Positions 45,480 through 58,546 of a stretch of DNA of 64,000 bases are shown piece by piece. Position numbers and translations under genes: made by a program. Under the pieces are notes generated by a model. The model made no database searches. It was not told the DNA's origin and saw only the letters and a list, made by a program, of their open reading frames with translations. The first letter of the stretch is position 1. Every line of letters begins with the position of its first letter. This DNA is from Rebecca billardiae RCC1528 (Eukaryota; Protista; Haptophyta): positions 62,001-126,000 of the forward strand of contig OZ251238.1 in NCBI GenBank assembly GCA_965240325.2, given 5' to 3'.

Positions 45480-48400
45480 GAGGATGCTTGGAGGTCGAGC
45501 AGCAGCGAGTGCGGACGGGCCGCCTCGCCCTCAGAGCCGCGCTGCGGTGCGCCCTCCGCCGCGCAGCTGCGGCGCGCGGCCGCGATGCACACGGGCGCCG
45601 CGTGCCACCACTCCGCACCCTCCTCCGCCTCCGCACCCTCCGCCTCCGCACCCTCCGCCTCCGCACCCTCCTCCGCCTCCGCACCCTCTGCCTCCGCACC
45701 CTCCGCCTCCGCACCCTCCGCCTCTCCCTCCGGCTGCGGCCGCGGCGCGCGCGGCGCGCGCGCGCGCGCGGCGGGCAGCAGCACGCTGCCCAGCGGCGGC
45801 GCGTCCGGCTCGTCCGCCGCGCACAGCAGCGGCACCGCCAGACTCGCGCAGCCGGCGGACGCGTGCGCGCCGCGCGCGCCGCCGCCGCCGCGCGACAGCC
45901 ACGCGAGCACCGCGCCGTGCAGCGGCTGCGCGCACCCGCCGCGCCGCGCGCGTGGCGCGCAGAGCGCGAGCGGCGGCGCCGCGCAGCCCGGCGCGGCGGG
46001 TGCGCACGGCGCGAGCCGTGCGCCGAGCAGCACCGCGCCGCGCACGCCGAACGCGCAGCGCGCGGCGGCCGCCCGCTCGGCCTCCGCGCCCGCGTGCTGC
46101 TGCGCGCCCGCGAGCTCCCCCGCGTCCGTGCGCAGCAGCGCGAGGCTCAGCTCGTCCGGCCGCACGCCGAGCGCGGCCGCGGCGCGCGCGCGGCTCGCGC
46201 CGAGCAGCGCGTGCGGGCACAGCAGCCGGCCGAGGGCCACGCCGCACACGGCGCCGCCGGACGCGCCTGCGGCGGCGTCGGCGGCGCGCGTGGCCGCGGC
46301 GAGCGCGGCGCCGACGGCGGGCTCGGTGGCCGGCGGCGCCGGCGGCGGCGTCGCGAGCGCGCCGTGCGCGCCGCCCGGCTCGATCAGCGCGCAGCCCGCG
46401 TGCGCGCGGCCGCACAGCTCGGCCACCCACGCGCCCAGCGGCGCGGCGCCGCCCCACTCGCACGGCGCGCGCCACGCGGGCGGGGCGGCGTCGGCGCGGA
46501 CGGCGCGCAGCGCGGCCAGGCCGGCCGCGCACAGCGGCGCGCCGGCCGCCGCCGCGTCCGCCGCGTCCGCCGCCTCGCGCAGCCCGGCGGCGGCGGCGCC
46601 GAGCGCGGCGTCGCGCGCGGCCGCCTCGCGCGCGAGCCAGCGCGCGCTCGGCGCGTCCGCCGCGCGCCCGGCCGCGAGCAGCAGCGGCGCGAGGTCCGGC
46701 TCGGACTCCGCGCCGGGCGCGTGCGCGCCGCCGGCGCCGTCGGGCGCGCGCAGCGCGGCGCGCGCCGCGCGCGAGCGCGCCGCCGCCGCCTCGAGCGCCG
46801 CGCACAGCGCGCGCGCGCGCGAGGCCGCCTCGGCCGCGCCCGGCGCGCCGCCGCCGTCCGCCTCGGCGCCGCCGCCCGCACCCGCCTCGCTCGCCTCCGC
46901 CGCCGCCTCCGCCGCCGCCGCCTCCTCCGCCGCGCCGACCGGCAGCGCGGGCCGCAGGTCGGCGAGGCCGTGCAGCAGCTGCCGCACGCGCTGCCGCGCG
47001 GCCGCGCGCGCGGCCGAGGCTGGCAGCAGCGCCGCGGCGGCGGCGTCGGCATCGTCCGCGCCCGCGGCCGCCTCGGCGGCGGCGCGCGCCCACGCGGCCG
47101 CGTGCCGCAGCGCCGCGGCGCCCGCGCCGCCGCCCGCGCCGGGCCCGGCGGCGGGCTCGGCGGCGGCGCGCGGCGGCAGCACGCCCGCACCCACGAGCGC
47201 CGCATCCGCCGCGGGCCCGACGCACTCGCGCACCAGCCGGCGCAGCGCCGCGCCGTGCTGCTGCGCGCCCGCGCCGTGGGCTGCGCCGCCCCCGCCGTAC
47301 ACGCCGCCGCCCGCCAGCTCGGCGCGCAGCGCGGCCCACGCGCACGCGCCGCCCTCCTCCGCGCCGCCGCCGCCGCCGCCGTCGCCGTGTGCGCGCAGGT
47401 GCGCGCGCGCGGCGCCGAGCGCGGCGCGCAGCTCGGCCGCGCCCCAGCCCTCCACGCCGCCCGCAGCCGCGCCGCGTGTGCGCAGCAGCAGCTGCGCGCG
47501 GCAGCCGCCCGCGGCGTGCAGCCTGCGCGCGCGCCGAGAAGCAAGCAACGGCGCACGCGGCCGGCGCGGCGGGTGTGAGGGCGGGCGGGGGCGGGTGCCG
47601 CCACCGCGGCCGCGCGCGCGGCGGTCGACGCGCGCACGCACACACACGCACACGCGCACACGCACACACGCACACACGCGCACGCACGCACGAACACGCG
47701 CACACGCACACGCGCACACACGCGCACACACACGCACACACACACACACGCACACGCGCACCTGCAGATCTGCACGGCGAGGCGCGCCGCCTGCTCCGAC
47801 GGCGCTGCGCCCAGCCACGCGCCCGCCTCCGCCAGCGCCGCGCGCAGGGCTGCGCCGAGCCCGAGGCTGTGCGGAGGGCACAGGCTGAGCCGCACGCAGC
47901 TGCGCAGCAGGCAGGGCGGCAGCGGGGCCGGGCCGTGCGGCTGCAGTGCGCACAGCAGCAGCAGACGGCTGCCTGGCGCCCACGGGCCTGCGGCGCACGG
48001 CGCACAGCGCACAGCGCACACGGGCGGCGCGGGGGCAGGGCGGGTGGGCGCGCGGACGCGCGCGGTGCGGTGCGGTGTGCGCTGTGCGGTGTGTGGTGTG
48101 CGGTGTGCTGTGTGCTGTGTGTGGTGTGCGGTGTGCGGTGTGTGCTGTGTGCTGTGTGCTGTGTGCTGTGTGGTGCGCGGCTGGGCCCCACCTGCGTCCA
48201 GCTCCGCTGTGAGCGCGCGCAGCCAGGTGGGGGGCGCGCTGTGCGCGTCGAGCAGCAGCGCCCAGCGGTTGGCGCCCTCGCGCGCGCCCCGCACCGCCGC
48301 GCTCGCCGCCTCGAGCGCGCCCGCGCCGCCGCCGAGCCCCAGTACGCTCAGGCTCACGCCGTGCGAACCCGCGGCCGCCGCGACCGCCGCGCACACGTCG

Positions 48401-51269
48401 GCCGCGCCGCCTTCGCCGCCGTCCTCGCCCTGCGCGGGCAGCAGGAGCGCGAGCGGCGCGCCGGCGGGGGCGGCGCGGAGCGCGGCGGCAAGGAGCTCCG
48501 GCGCCGTGCGCGCGCCCAGCGCCGCCGCGAGCGCGCCCGCCGCGCTGCCCTCCTCGCGCGCGCCGCCCGCGCGGCGCGCGTCCGCGCGGCCGCCGAGCGC
48601 TGCGAGCGCGAGCGCGCGCGCGCACTGCAGCGCGTGCGCCGTGGGGTTGAGCGCGCAGCCGAGCAGCAGCGTCGCCCACGCGCTGCCCGCCTCCTCCACG
48701 CACGCGCCGCTCAGGCCGTGCGCCGCCGCCGCCGCCGCGCCGCCGACGCGCACGCGCGGCGGCGGCGCCGCGCCGCCGAGCGCGGCCGCCCAGCGCGCGG
48801 GCGCGGCGCGCGCGCTCTCGCGCAGCGCGCCGCACAGCTCGGGGCGCGCCGCGCCCAGCAGCGCGCGCAGCCGCAGCTCGGCGCGGCGCGCGGCGGCGCG
48901 GCGCGGCGCGCCGAGCGCCGCGCGCACCTCCGGCGGCAGCGCCGGCAGCGCCACCGCCGCCGCCGCCGCGCCCTCGGCGCCGCCTCCGCGCGCGCCCAGC
49001 AGCCACCGCCACTCGGCGGCGGAGGGCGCGGCGCGCGTGCCGCGCAGCGCGCCCAGCGCGACGCCCAGCGCGGCGGTGAGCCGGTGGCGCGGGAGGCAGC
49101 CGAGCGCGGCGTCGCGCGCGGCGGCGCGCAGCGTCGCGCGCGCGAGCGCGCCCGCGCGCTCGGCGCGCGCCGCCGCGCCGCCGTCCGCGTCGGCCGCGCC
49201 GCCGCCGTCCGCGCCGCCGCCGGCCGCGCCGCCGCCGCCGCCGCCGCCGCCGGCCGCCGGCCGCGCGCGCTCGGCGGCCGGCGGCGGCAGCGCGGCGGCG
49301 GCGGCGCGCAGCGTGGCCTCGAGCGCGGGCAGCGCGTGCGCGTACGCGGGGTGCAGCGCGCACAGCGCCGACGCGCCGCCGTGCGCCGCCGCCGCCGCCG
49401 CGGCCACCGCCGCGTACGGCGCGGCCGCCGCGTCGCACGCGTCCGCGCGCGCCTGCGCCGCGCGCGCCTTTGCGGCGACCGCGCGCGCGTCCGCCTGCAG
49501 CCGGCCGAGCGCGGCGAGCAGCGCGGCGTCGTCGAGGAGCGAGGCGCGCGCCGCGCCGGCGGCGGGCTCCGCCTCCGCCCCGCCCGCCGCGTACGCCCCG
49601 TCCCACCCGCCCCACCCGCCGCCGCCCCACCCGCCGCCGCCGTCGGGCGCGAGCGCGTCCGCCGCCGCCAGCCGCTGCAGCATGGCCGCCCGCGCGGTGC
49701 GCACCGAGCCGAGCGCGCACCCCAGCTCGGCGCGCGCAGACGCGCGCGCGGCCGCGAGGCGCGGCGCGTCGGCGCGCAGCGCGAGCGCGAGCAGGTGCGC
49801 CTCGAGCGCGCCGTCGGACAGCGCGCAGTCCACCACCGCCACGCGCGCGCACAGCTCGGCGCACAGCGCGCCCACGCCGCCGCGCGCCGCCGAGCACAGC
49901 AGCAGCCGCGCGCCGGCGGAGGGCGCCAGCCGCGCGCCGCCCGGCCACAGCCGGCCGCGCGGGCGGCACGCGGCGGCGGCGGCGCGCGCGGCGGCGGCGA
50001 GGGCCGCGTCCGCCTCCGCCACGTCGAGCCCGCCGCCGCCCTCGCCCTCCGCGCCGCCGCCCTCCTCCTCCTCCGCGCCGCCCCAGCCCGCGCGCGCGCC
50101 CCCGCCGCCGCCGCCGCGCGGCTCGGGGTGCGCCTCGTCCGCGCCGTGTGCGAGCAGCGGCAGCAGCGCCGCCTCGAGCAGCGGCAGCGCGCAGCGGGGC
50201 AGGCCGTGGGCGCACTCGAGGAGCACCACGCCGCCGTAGCGCAGCGCGGCGGAGACCGCGGCGGCCCACGCGCGCGGCGGCGCCGCGGCGTTGGCGCGCG
50301 TCAGCCGCGCCGCGCCGCCGCCCGCGCCGCCCGCGCCGCCCGCGCCGCCCGCGCCGCCCGCGCCGCCGCGGCCGCGCAGCGCGCCGCCGCCGTCGGCGAG
50401 CGCGGCGGCGAGCCACGCGACGACGGCGCCGCTCGGGTCGAGCAGCAGCGGCGGCCGCTCGGAGCGCGTGGCCACCAGCGCGCACACCGCCGCGCCGCCC
50501 GCGGGCGGCGGCGGCGGCTCGGCGCCCGGCGCGCGCGCGCGCGCGTGCGCGTGCGCACCCGCCGCCTCCGCCTCCGCCGCCGCCGCCGCCTCCTCCGCAC
50601 ACGGCAGCCCGGCCGCCGCCCAGCCGCGCAGCTCGGCGGCGGGCACGCAGCGGCGCACGAGCTCGGCGGGCGTGGGCGGCGGCGGCGGCGGCCCCGCCGC
50701 CGCCGCGCCGCCGCCCGCGCCCTCCTCCGCCCCCTCCGGCGGCCCCTGCGCGCCGCCGAGGGCCGCCCCGCGCAGGCTGTGCGGCACGCCCGCCGCCTCC
50801 AGCGCCGCCTCCGCGCCGCGCACGAGCTCGGCGCGCGCGCGCGCCCGCAGCGGGCCGGCGTGCGCGAGGAGGACGGCGCACGCGAGCGCGTCGCCCGCGA
50901 GCGCGCGCTGCGCGCCCGCGCACGCGCCCGCCGCCGCGATCCACCGCGCGCCGTGCTCGCGCAGCCCGCCGAGCAGCGCGCGCGCGCGCGCCACGCGCGC
51001 GCGCGCGACCTCGGCCGCCGCTCGCTCGCGGTGCGCCGCCGCCACGCGCGCCGCGTAAGCGTCGCGCGCGGCGCGGATGGCGGCGGCGTGGCGCGCGGCG
51101 TCGGCGTGCGCGCGCGCGAGGCCGGCCGACGCGGCCGCCGCCTCCGCCTCGAGCACCGCCGCGCGCGCGCCGCCGCCGCCGCCGCCGCCGATGGCGCCGC
51201 CGACCGAGGCCGCGCGCGCGCGCGCGCCCAACCCCAGCGGGTGCGGCGGCTGCGGCGCACACGCCGGCT

Positions 51270-51303
<34 letters not shown>

Positions 51304-51889
51304 GGCCGCGCCGCCGCCGCCGCCGCCGGGCGCGCGCGCGCGCTCGAGCTCGGAGCGCGCGGTGCGCAGCTGCGCGGAGAGCCGCTCGGCCTCGGCGCGC
51401 GCGCGCTCCGCCCCCGCCTGCGCGCGCGCCAGCTCGTCCAGCTGCGCCGCCGCCGCCGCCTCGCCGCCGCCGAGCGCGCGCTCGCGCGCTCGCAGCGCGC
51501 GGCCGAGCGCGCGCGCGTCTCGGCACGCGCGCGCGAGCGCGTGGCAGCCGCCGACGAGGCGCGCGCGCGCGGCGGCGTGCTCGCGCGCGGCGGCGGCGTA
51601 CGTCGCGTCGAACGCGACGAGCAGCTCGAGCAGCGCGCGCGGCGACGCCGCGCACGCGCTCGCCGGCCCGGCGCGCGCGCACGCGAGCAGGTGCGCGCGC
51701 GCGGCCGCGCCCGCGAGCGCGTCCGCGCGCAGCGCCTCGGCCTCGCGCGCCTCCTCCGCCTCGGCGCCGTCGAAGAGGGAGCGCGCGACCTCGCGCGCCT
51801 CCTCGGAGAGCGCGCCGTCCACGCCGGCGTGCCGCGCCGCGCCGCCGCCGCCCTCGTCGCCCGACGACTCGGACGAGGACCAACCGCCA

Positions 51890-51923
<34 letters not shown>

Positions 51924-54132
51924 ACGCCGCGGCGGCGGCGGCGGCGCCGCCCTTGCGAGCGGCGGCGGCGGCGGCGGCGGTGCGCAGCGGCGCGGCGGCG
52001 AGCGCGGCGGGCGCGGCCTCGCGCGGCGGCGTGGGCTGCTGCGGCTGCGCCTCCGCCGCCATCGCCGCCTCCGCCGCCGCCGCCTCCGCCGCCGCCTCCG
52101 CCGCGCGCTCCCCGAGCGCATCCGCCGCCCTGTCGTCAGCCAGCACGCGCCGCAGCGTGCGGCCGAGCGCGCGCTGGCACAGATGCACCGCCGCCTCGGC
52201 GCGCCAGGGCGGCAGGTGCACGAGCGCGGCGCAGCGGCCGAGCGCGGGCGAGAGCAGCGAGAGCGCCGCGCCCACGCCGCCGCCGCCGCCCTCCTCCTCG
52301 CCCCCCGCCGTGCACAGCGTCAGCACCACGCTCACGTGCGCGCACACTGCGCGCCGCAGCAGCAGCGCGGCGCCGGCCGCGCCGGCGCCGGCCGCGCCCT
52401 CCGAGCCGCCCGCACCCGCGCCGCCGGCCGCGGCGCCGTCGGCGTCCGCGGCGGCGTCGGCGGCGGCGTCGGCGGCGGCCGTGGCTGCTGCTGCCGCCGC
52501 GGCGGCGGCGGCGGCGGCGGCGGCGGTCTGCGCGGCGGACGACGACGCGCGCCGCCCGCCCCCGTCGTGCGCCGCGGCGGCGCGCGCGCCGTGTGCCGCG
52601 GCGCGCGCGGCCCTGGCGTGCGCGGCGCGCTGCCGTGCAGCTGCTGCGTCTCGCCGTCGGCGAGCAGCGGGCCGAGCGCCTCGAGGGCGTGGGGCGGCAG
52701 GGCGTGCGCGCCGGTGAGCAGCAGCGCGGTGCGCTGCCGCCGCGCCGCCGCGTCGCACGCCACCTCCGCCACCGCGCACAGCCACGCGCCCACCGCGCCC
52801 GCCTCTGCGTCGGTGCGGCCGGGCGCGCGCAGCCGCAGCACGCGGCAGCCCGCGTCCGCGGCGGCGAGCCGCGCGAGCGACGCCTTGCCCGAGCACGGCG
52901 GGCCGCAGAGGGCGAGGTGAGAGCCGCCGCCCGGCGCCGTCGGCGTCTGCGCGCACAGCAGCCGGCGCAGCCGCAGCAGCGCGAGCGTCGCGCCGTCATG
53001 CAGCAGCAGCGGGCAGCGCGCGCTCCGCGCGTCGTCGTCCGCGCCGTCCGCCACGCCGCCGCCCGGCGCCGCGCCGCCGCCAAACCCGCCGGCGCTCGCG
53101 CCGGCGCCGCCGGGCGTGGGCGGCAGCGGCGTGGCGGGCAGCTCGGCGAGGCCGGCGCCCAGCTCCGCCCCGCCCTCCGCCGCGCCCTCCGCCTCCGCCG
53201 CCAGCGCCTCCGCCGCCGCGTCAAAGTGCGCGCGCGCCTCGGCCAGCTCCAGCCGTGCGTACGCGCCCCGGGGCACGCCCTCCGCGCCGCCCTGCTCGCC
53301 CGGTGGCAGCAGCGCCTCCTCGAGGGTGGAGCGCGCGGAGAGGGCGGAGACGGTGGAGGCGGAGGAGGCGCGGCCGAGGGAGGGCGGCGGCGGGTGGAGC
53401 AGCGCGAGCGACGCCGCGCGCCGCCGCAGCGGCGAGCCCTCGCGCGCCGCGTGCGAGCGCGCCAGCAGCGGCTGGTGGGAGAGCGCGGGCGGCACGCGCG
53501 CAGAGCAGCCCCCGCCGCTGCCGCCGCCGCACCCGCCGCGCTCGGGCGAGTGCGGCGGCGCGACGGCGAGGTGCGGCGGCGGCGCGGCGGCGGGCGCGGC
53601 GGCGGGTGCGCCGAGTGCCAGCGGCGGCGGCAGCCGCAGGCTGGGCGGCGGCAGCGCGCGCTGCCCTGGGCTGCCGTGCGGCGCGCAGCCGAGCGGGCTC
53701 GCCGCCGCCGAGCCGCCGCCGCCGCCCGAGCCGCGGCTGCGGCGGCGCGGCGGCGACGCGCCGCGCGCGGCGCTGAGCGCGCGGCTGAAGAGCGGCGGCT
53801 CGGCGGCGGCGCCGAGCCAGCCGCGCTCGCACGCGGGCACCGCCGCGCACAGCGCCGCGCAGATCGCCTCCGCCGCGGCCGCTCCCAGCCCCTCGTCGGG
53901 GCCGAGCGGGTCTGCGAGTGTGCGCGCGCCTTCGTGCGCACACAGGCGGCACAGCGCGCCCACCGCGCCGCCGCCCGCCGCGGCGGCCGCGGCGGCGGCG
54001 GCCGCGGCGGTGCCGCCGGGCGTGGGCGGCGGCTGCGCGTGCGCGTGCAGCGCGTGCGCGTCGATCGCGACGCGCAGCGCACACGCCCAGCGCGCGAGGT
54101 CGCGCGGCGCGCACAGCGCCCAGCCCGCGGCC

Positions 54133-54184
<52 letters not shown>

Positions 54185-55455
54185 CGCCGTCGGCGAGCGC
54201 GCGCACCGCGCCGTGCGCCGCCGCCATCGCGCAGCCCAGCGCGTCCGCGAGCTCGGCGCACGCGGGCGGCGCGCGCGCGAGCGCGGCGCGCAGCAGCGCG
54301 CCGCCGAGCGCGCCGAGCGCCGCCTCGGACGGCGCGCCCACGTGCAGCTGCGCAAACGCGGCGGCCAGGCGCGGCGGCAGCGGGCGGCGGCCGGGCTCGG
54401 CGCGCGGCCGCGCGCACGCGAGCACGCGCAGCCGCCGCGCGCGCGCCCACGCCCAGCCCGCGCCGTGCGCGGCCGGGGCCGCGCCGCCGCCGCCCGCCGC
54501 CGCCGCCGCCGCCGCGGCCGCGCGCCAGTGCGCGCTCGCCAGCTCGGCCGGCGGCAGCCACAGGCCGCGCGCGCACAGCAGCTGGCGCAGCGCGGCGTGT
54601 GCGCCGGAGGGCGCGTGCGGCTGCGGCTGCTGCGGCGGCTGCTGCGGCTGCGGCTGCGCGGGCAGGTTGAGGTCGTCGACCAGCAGCACCACCCAGCACG
54701 CACCACCCGCGCCCGCGCCCGCCTCCGCGCCACCCGCACCCCCGGACCCGCCGCCGCCGCGCGCGCGCCGCGCGCCGCGCGCGCGCGCGCCCGGCGGCGG
54801 GCGCGGCAGCAGCTGCGCGGCGCCGTCGCGCGGCGCGCGCGCCGCCGCGCACGCGCGCAGCAGCGCGCACCCCACCGCGCCCGCGCCCGTGCCCGCGCCC
54901 AGCCGCAGCACGCTGCGCGCCGCGCGCGGGCACGCGCGCGCCGCCGCGTGCGCGGCCGCCACCCGCTTCGCTGCGCCGCGCGGCCCGACGAGCAGCGCGG
55001 GGCAGCGCGCGAGGAGCAGCGCGCCGCACAGCCGGCGCACGGCCTCGGTGGCAGCGGTGGGCACGCACAGCGTGCCCGCGCACGCGGCGCGCAGCGCGCC
55101 CGCCTCCGCGTCGCGCAGCGCGCGCGGCGGCGGCGGCGGCGGCGGCGCGCCCGCGCACGGCGCGCCCGGCAGCCACGCCCACGCGCCGCAGCCCGGCTCC
55201 AGCCACGCGCACTCGAGCGGCAGCCCGGGCGGCGGCGCTGCCTCGCGCGGCACGAGCGCGCACAGCTCCGCGCCCAGCCGCGCGCGCGCGCGTGCTGGCA
55301 GCTGGCCGCCCATGCCCCACAGCGCGCACAGCAGCACCCAGCGCGCGCAGAAGGCGGACGCGAGCGCGTGCGCGCGCTCGTGCGCGGCCGCGGCCGCCGC
55401 CGCCTCCGCCTCCGCCTCGTCGTCCGAGCCGCCGCCGTCGCCGCCGCCGAGGGCG

Positions 55456-55488
<33 letters not shown>

Positions 55489-58400
55489 GCGTCGGCGCCG
55501 GCCGGCGGCGCGCGGCCGCGCGCGCCCGCCGCGCCCGCCGCGCCGCGCTGCGACTTGCGCGCGGCTGGGCGCTCGCCTCGCGCACGCTGCGCCCCTCGCG
55601 CGTGCTGCGCGATCAGCGCGCGCAGCCCGGACGAGAGCAGCGCGAGGAAGGTGCGCAGCAGCGCGGGCGGCGCGCACTCTGCGGCGAGCTCGCGCGCGCC
55701 GCCGCCCGCCGCGTGCTCCGCCGCCGCGTCGAGCGCCAGCGCGAGCGCGCGCAGGGCCACGGACGAGGCGTGCATCTGCGCGGGCACCTCAAAGGAGCCG
55801 CCGCCCCCAAGCGCGGCCTCGGCGGCGGAGAGCGCGGCGCGGTCCCCGACCAGCAGCGGCGCGAGCGCGCGCGCGCACGCGGCCTGCAGCGCGCACGGCG
55901 CCCCCGCCGCGCGCGGCCCGCCGCCGCCGCCGCCGCCGCCGCCGTCGAGGTCGGAGGAGCGGCGGCGCGCGCTGCCGCGGCGCGCGCTGCCCTCGCGCGA
56001 GCCGCCGCCAAACCCGCCGACGCCGCCGCCCGCGGCCGCCGCGCCCGCGGCCGCGGCGGCAAAGGCCACGCCGCCGCCACCGCCGCGGCCGCGGCCGCGC
56101 CCCTGCCCGTACGCGCGGCGTGTGCGCACGCCCACCTCGCCCACGTCCGCGCCGACCGCGCACCGAGCGCCGCCCGGCCGCGCGCACACGCCGCCGCCTT
56201 GGCCGCCCTCCGCCTCCGCGTCCGACTGGTCCGACGTGTCGTCCTCGTCCTCCGCCTCCGCCTCGGAGGACGCGGTGGACGGCGCGGAGGAGGAGGAGGC
56301 GGAGGAGGCGGAGGCGGAGCCCCCCGCCAGGTGCCCCGCGTCGGCGGGCCGCGCGCCGCCGCCCGCCGCGCCGGCCGCCGCCGCGCTCGCGCCGCCGGCC
56401 GCGCCGCCGCCGAGCGGCGGCGCGGCCGGCGGCGCGCGCGGCAGCGTCGCGCGCGCGGCGGCGCGCGGCGCGGGCGCGAGCGCGCGCGCCGCGAGCAGCC
56501 GGCAGTAGCGCAGCAGCCGCGCGGCGGGCGGCACCGCTTCCTCCCCCACGTGGCACAGCCCGCACGCCAACAGCGCCGCGGGCGCCGCGTGCGCCGCGCT
56601 GTCGGTCTCGAGGAGCAGCGCCACGGCGCGCGGCACGCGCACGCTGCCGCCGCGCGGGTCGCACAGCAGCTGCCCGCCCCACGGCCACGCGCCCGGCCCC
56701 AGTCCCTCGAGCGAGCGCGCGTCGAGCGAGCCGTCGACGCAGAGCCACCACGGCTGCGGGCGCGCGCGCGCGCCGCCGCGCCGCGCGCGCCGCGCCACCG
56801 CGCCGCCGCGCGCGCCCGCCGCCGCGCTCGGCGTCGGCCGCTCGGCGGCGGCTGCGGTGCGGCGGCGCGTGCGCGCGCCCACAGCCGTGCGCGGCGCGCG
56901 CGCGCCGCCGTGCGCATCCGGCGGCTGCAGGCCGAGCGGGCTGCCGCCGCGCGCGCCGTCGGCGGCGGCGGCGCGCGTGCCGAGCGCGCGGAAGCTAGCG
57001 GCGCCCGCCGCGCCCCCCTCCGCGCCCGCGCCCTCGTCCTCGCCGCCGTCCGCGTCGCTGCCGCTGCCGCCGCCGCTGCCGCCACCGCTGCCGCTGCCGC
57101 CGCCGCTGCCGCCGCCGCTGCCGCTGCCGCCGCCGCTGCCGCCGCCGCTGCCGCTGCCGCTGCCGCTGCCGCCGCCGCTGCCGCTGCCGCTGCCGCCGCC
57201 GCGCGCCGCCTCGTCCGCCTCGCTGGCCGAGTCGGAGCGCTCGGAGCTCGGCGCGTCGGAGCGCTCGGAGCTCGGCGCGTCGGCGGCCGCGGCCGCGCGC
57301 CGCCGCTGCTGCTGCTGCTGCTGCTGCTGCTTTGCCGCTGCGCGCAGCAGCGCGGGCAGCAGGCCCTCATCCCACTCGCCGCTGCCGTCGGCGCGCGCGC
57401 AGCCGAGCCACGCGCCGCCGCCGCCGTCGAGCGCGTGCGCGTCCACTGTCGCGCACGCGCCGCGCGCGCGCCGCCGCGCGCACAGCGCGCCGAGCAGCGT
57501 GCGCCACAGCGCGCTCTTGCCCGAGCGCGGCGGCCCCAGCAGCAGCACGCAGCGGCGCGCGCGCAGCAGCTCGTGCAGCGCCACGCCACAGCCCACCCAC
57601 TCGCGCAGCGGCAGCGGCGCGCACGCGCGGCCCGCGCACGCGCCCTCGAGCGCGCGCGCCACGCGGCCGCACCGCCCGCGCAGCGGCGGCGCGCCGGGTG
57701 CGGGCGCGGGTGCGGGCGGTGCGTGCGGCGGTGCTGGGTGCCGTGGCAGCGGCCGCGGCAGCGGCCGTGGCAGCAGCGCGTCGAGCAGGGCGGCGCACTC
57801 GGCAGCCGCGCACGGCCCTCGGTGCTCGGCCGGCGGCGCGCACCGCTCGAGCGCCTCGCGCAGCGCGGCGCACTCTTCGGCCATCGAATCAGCCGCGCCC
57901 TCGGCGCCGCCGCCCTCGGCGCCGCCGCCCTCGGCGCCGCCGCCCTCCTCGCTGCCCGAGTCGGCGGCGCTGCCGCTGCCGCCGCTGCCGTCGTCCGAGC
58001 AGCCGCCGCCGCCGCCGCCGCCGCCGCCGCTGCTGCTGCTGCTGCTGCTGCTCAGCCCGAGCGAGCGCCCGCCCCGCGCCTCCGCCTCGGCGCCGCGCGC
58101 CGCGCGCCGCCGCCGCGCGCGCGCCGCGCCGAGCGCCGCGCCCGCCTCCCGCGCGAGCGCGGCCAGCAGCGCGCCGCCCAGCGCGCACGCGCCGCCGCCC
58201 GCGGGCGCGCACCCGCCGTGCAGCTCGGCGGCGTGCGCGAGCGCGCAGCACAGCCGGCGGCCGAGCGCCGCGCCGTGCGCGAAGCCGGCCGCGCCCAGCG
58301 CCGCGGCGGCGAGCGCGGCCGCGTCCGGCGCGCGCACGTGCACGGGCCGCAGGTACGCGGCCAGCGAGGGTGGCAGCAGCGCGCGAGCGCACGCGCCGCG

Positions 58401-58507
58401 CCCGCCGCCGGCCGCGGGCAGCGCTGCGGCGGTGGGTGCGGCGCCGTGCGTGTGCGGCAGGAGCGTGAGCACGAGGGCGGCGTGGCGCAGCGGCGCGCCC
58501 TCCGCGC

Positions 58508-58546
<39 letters not shown>

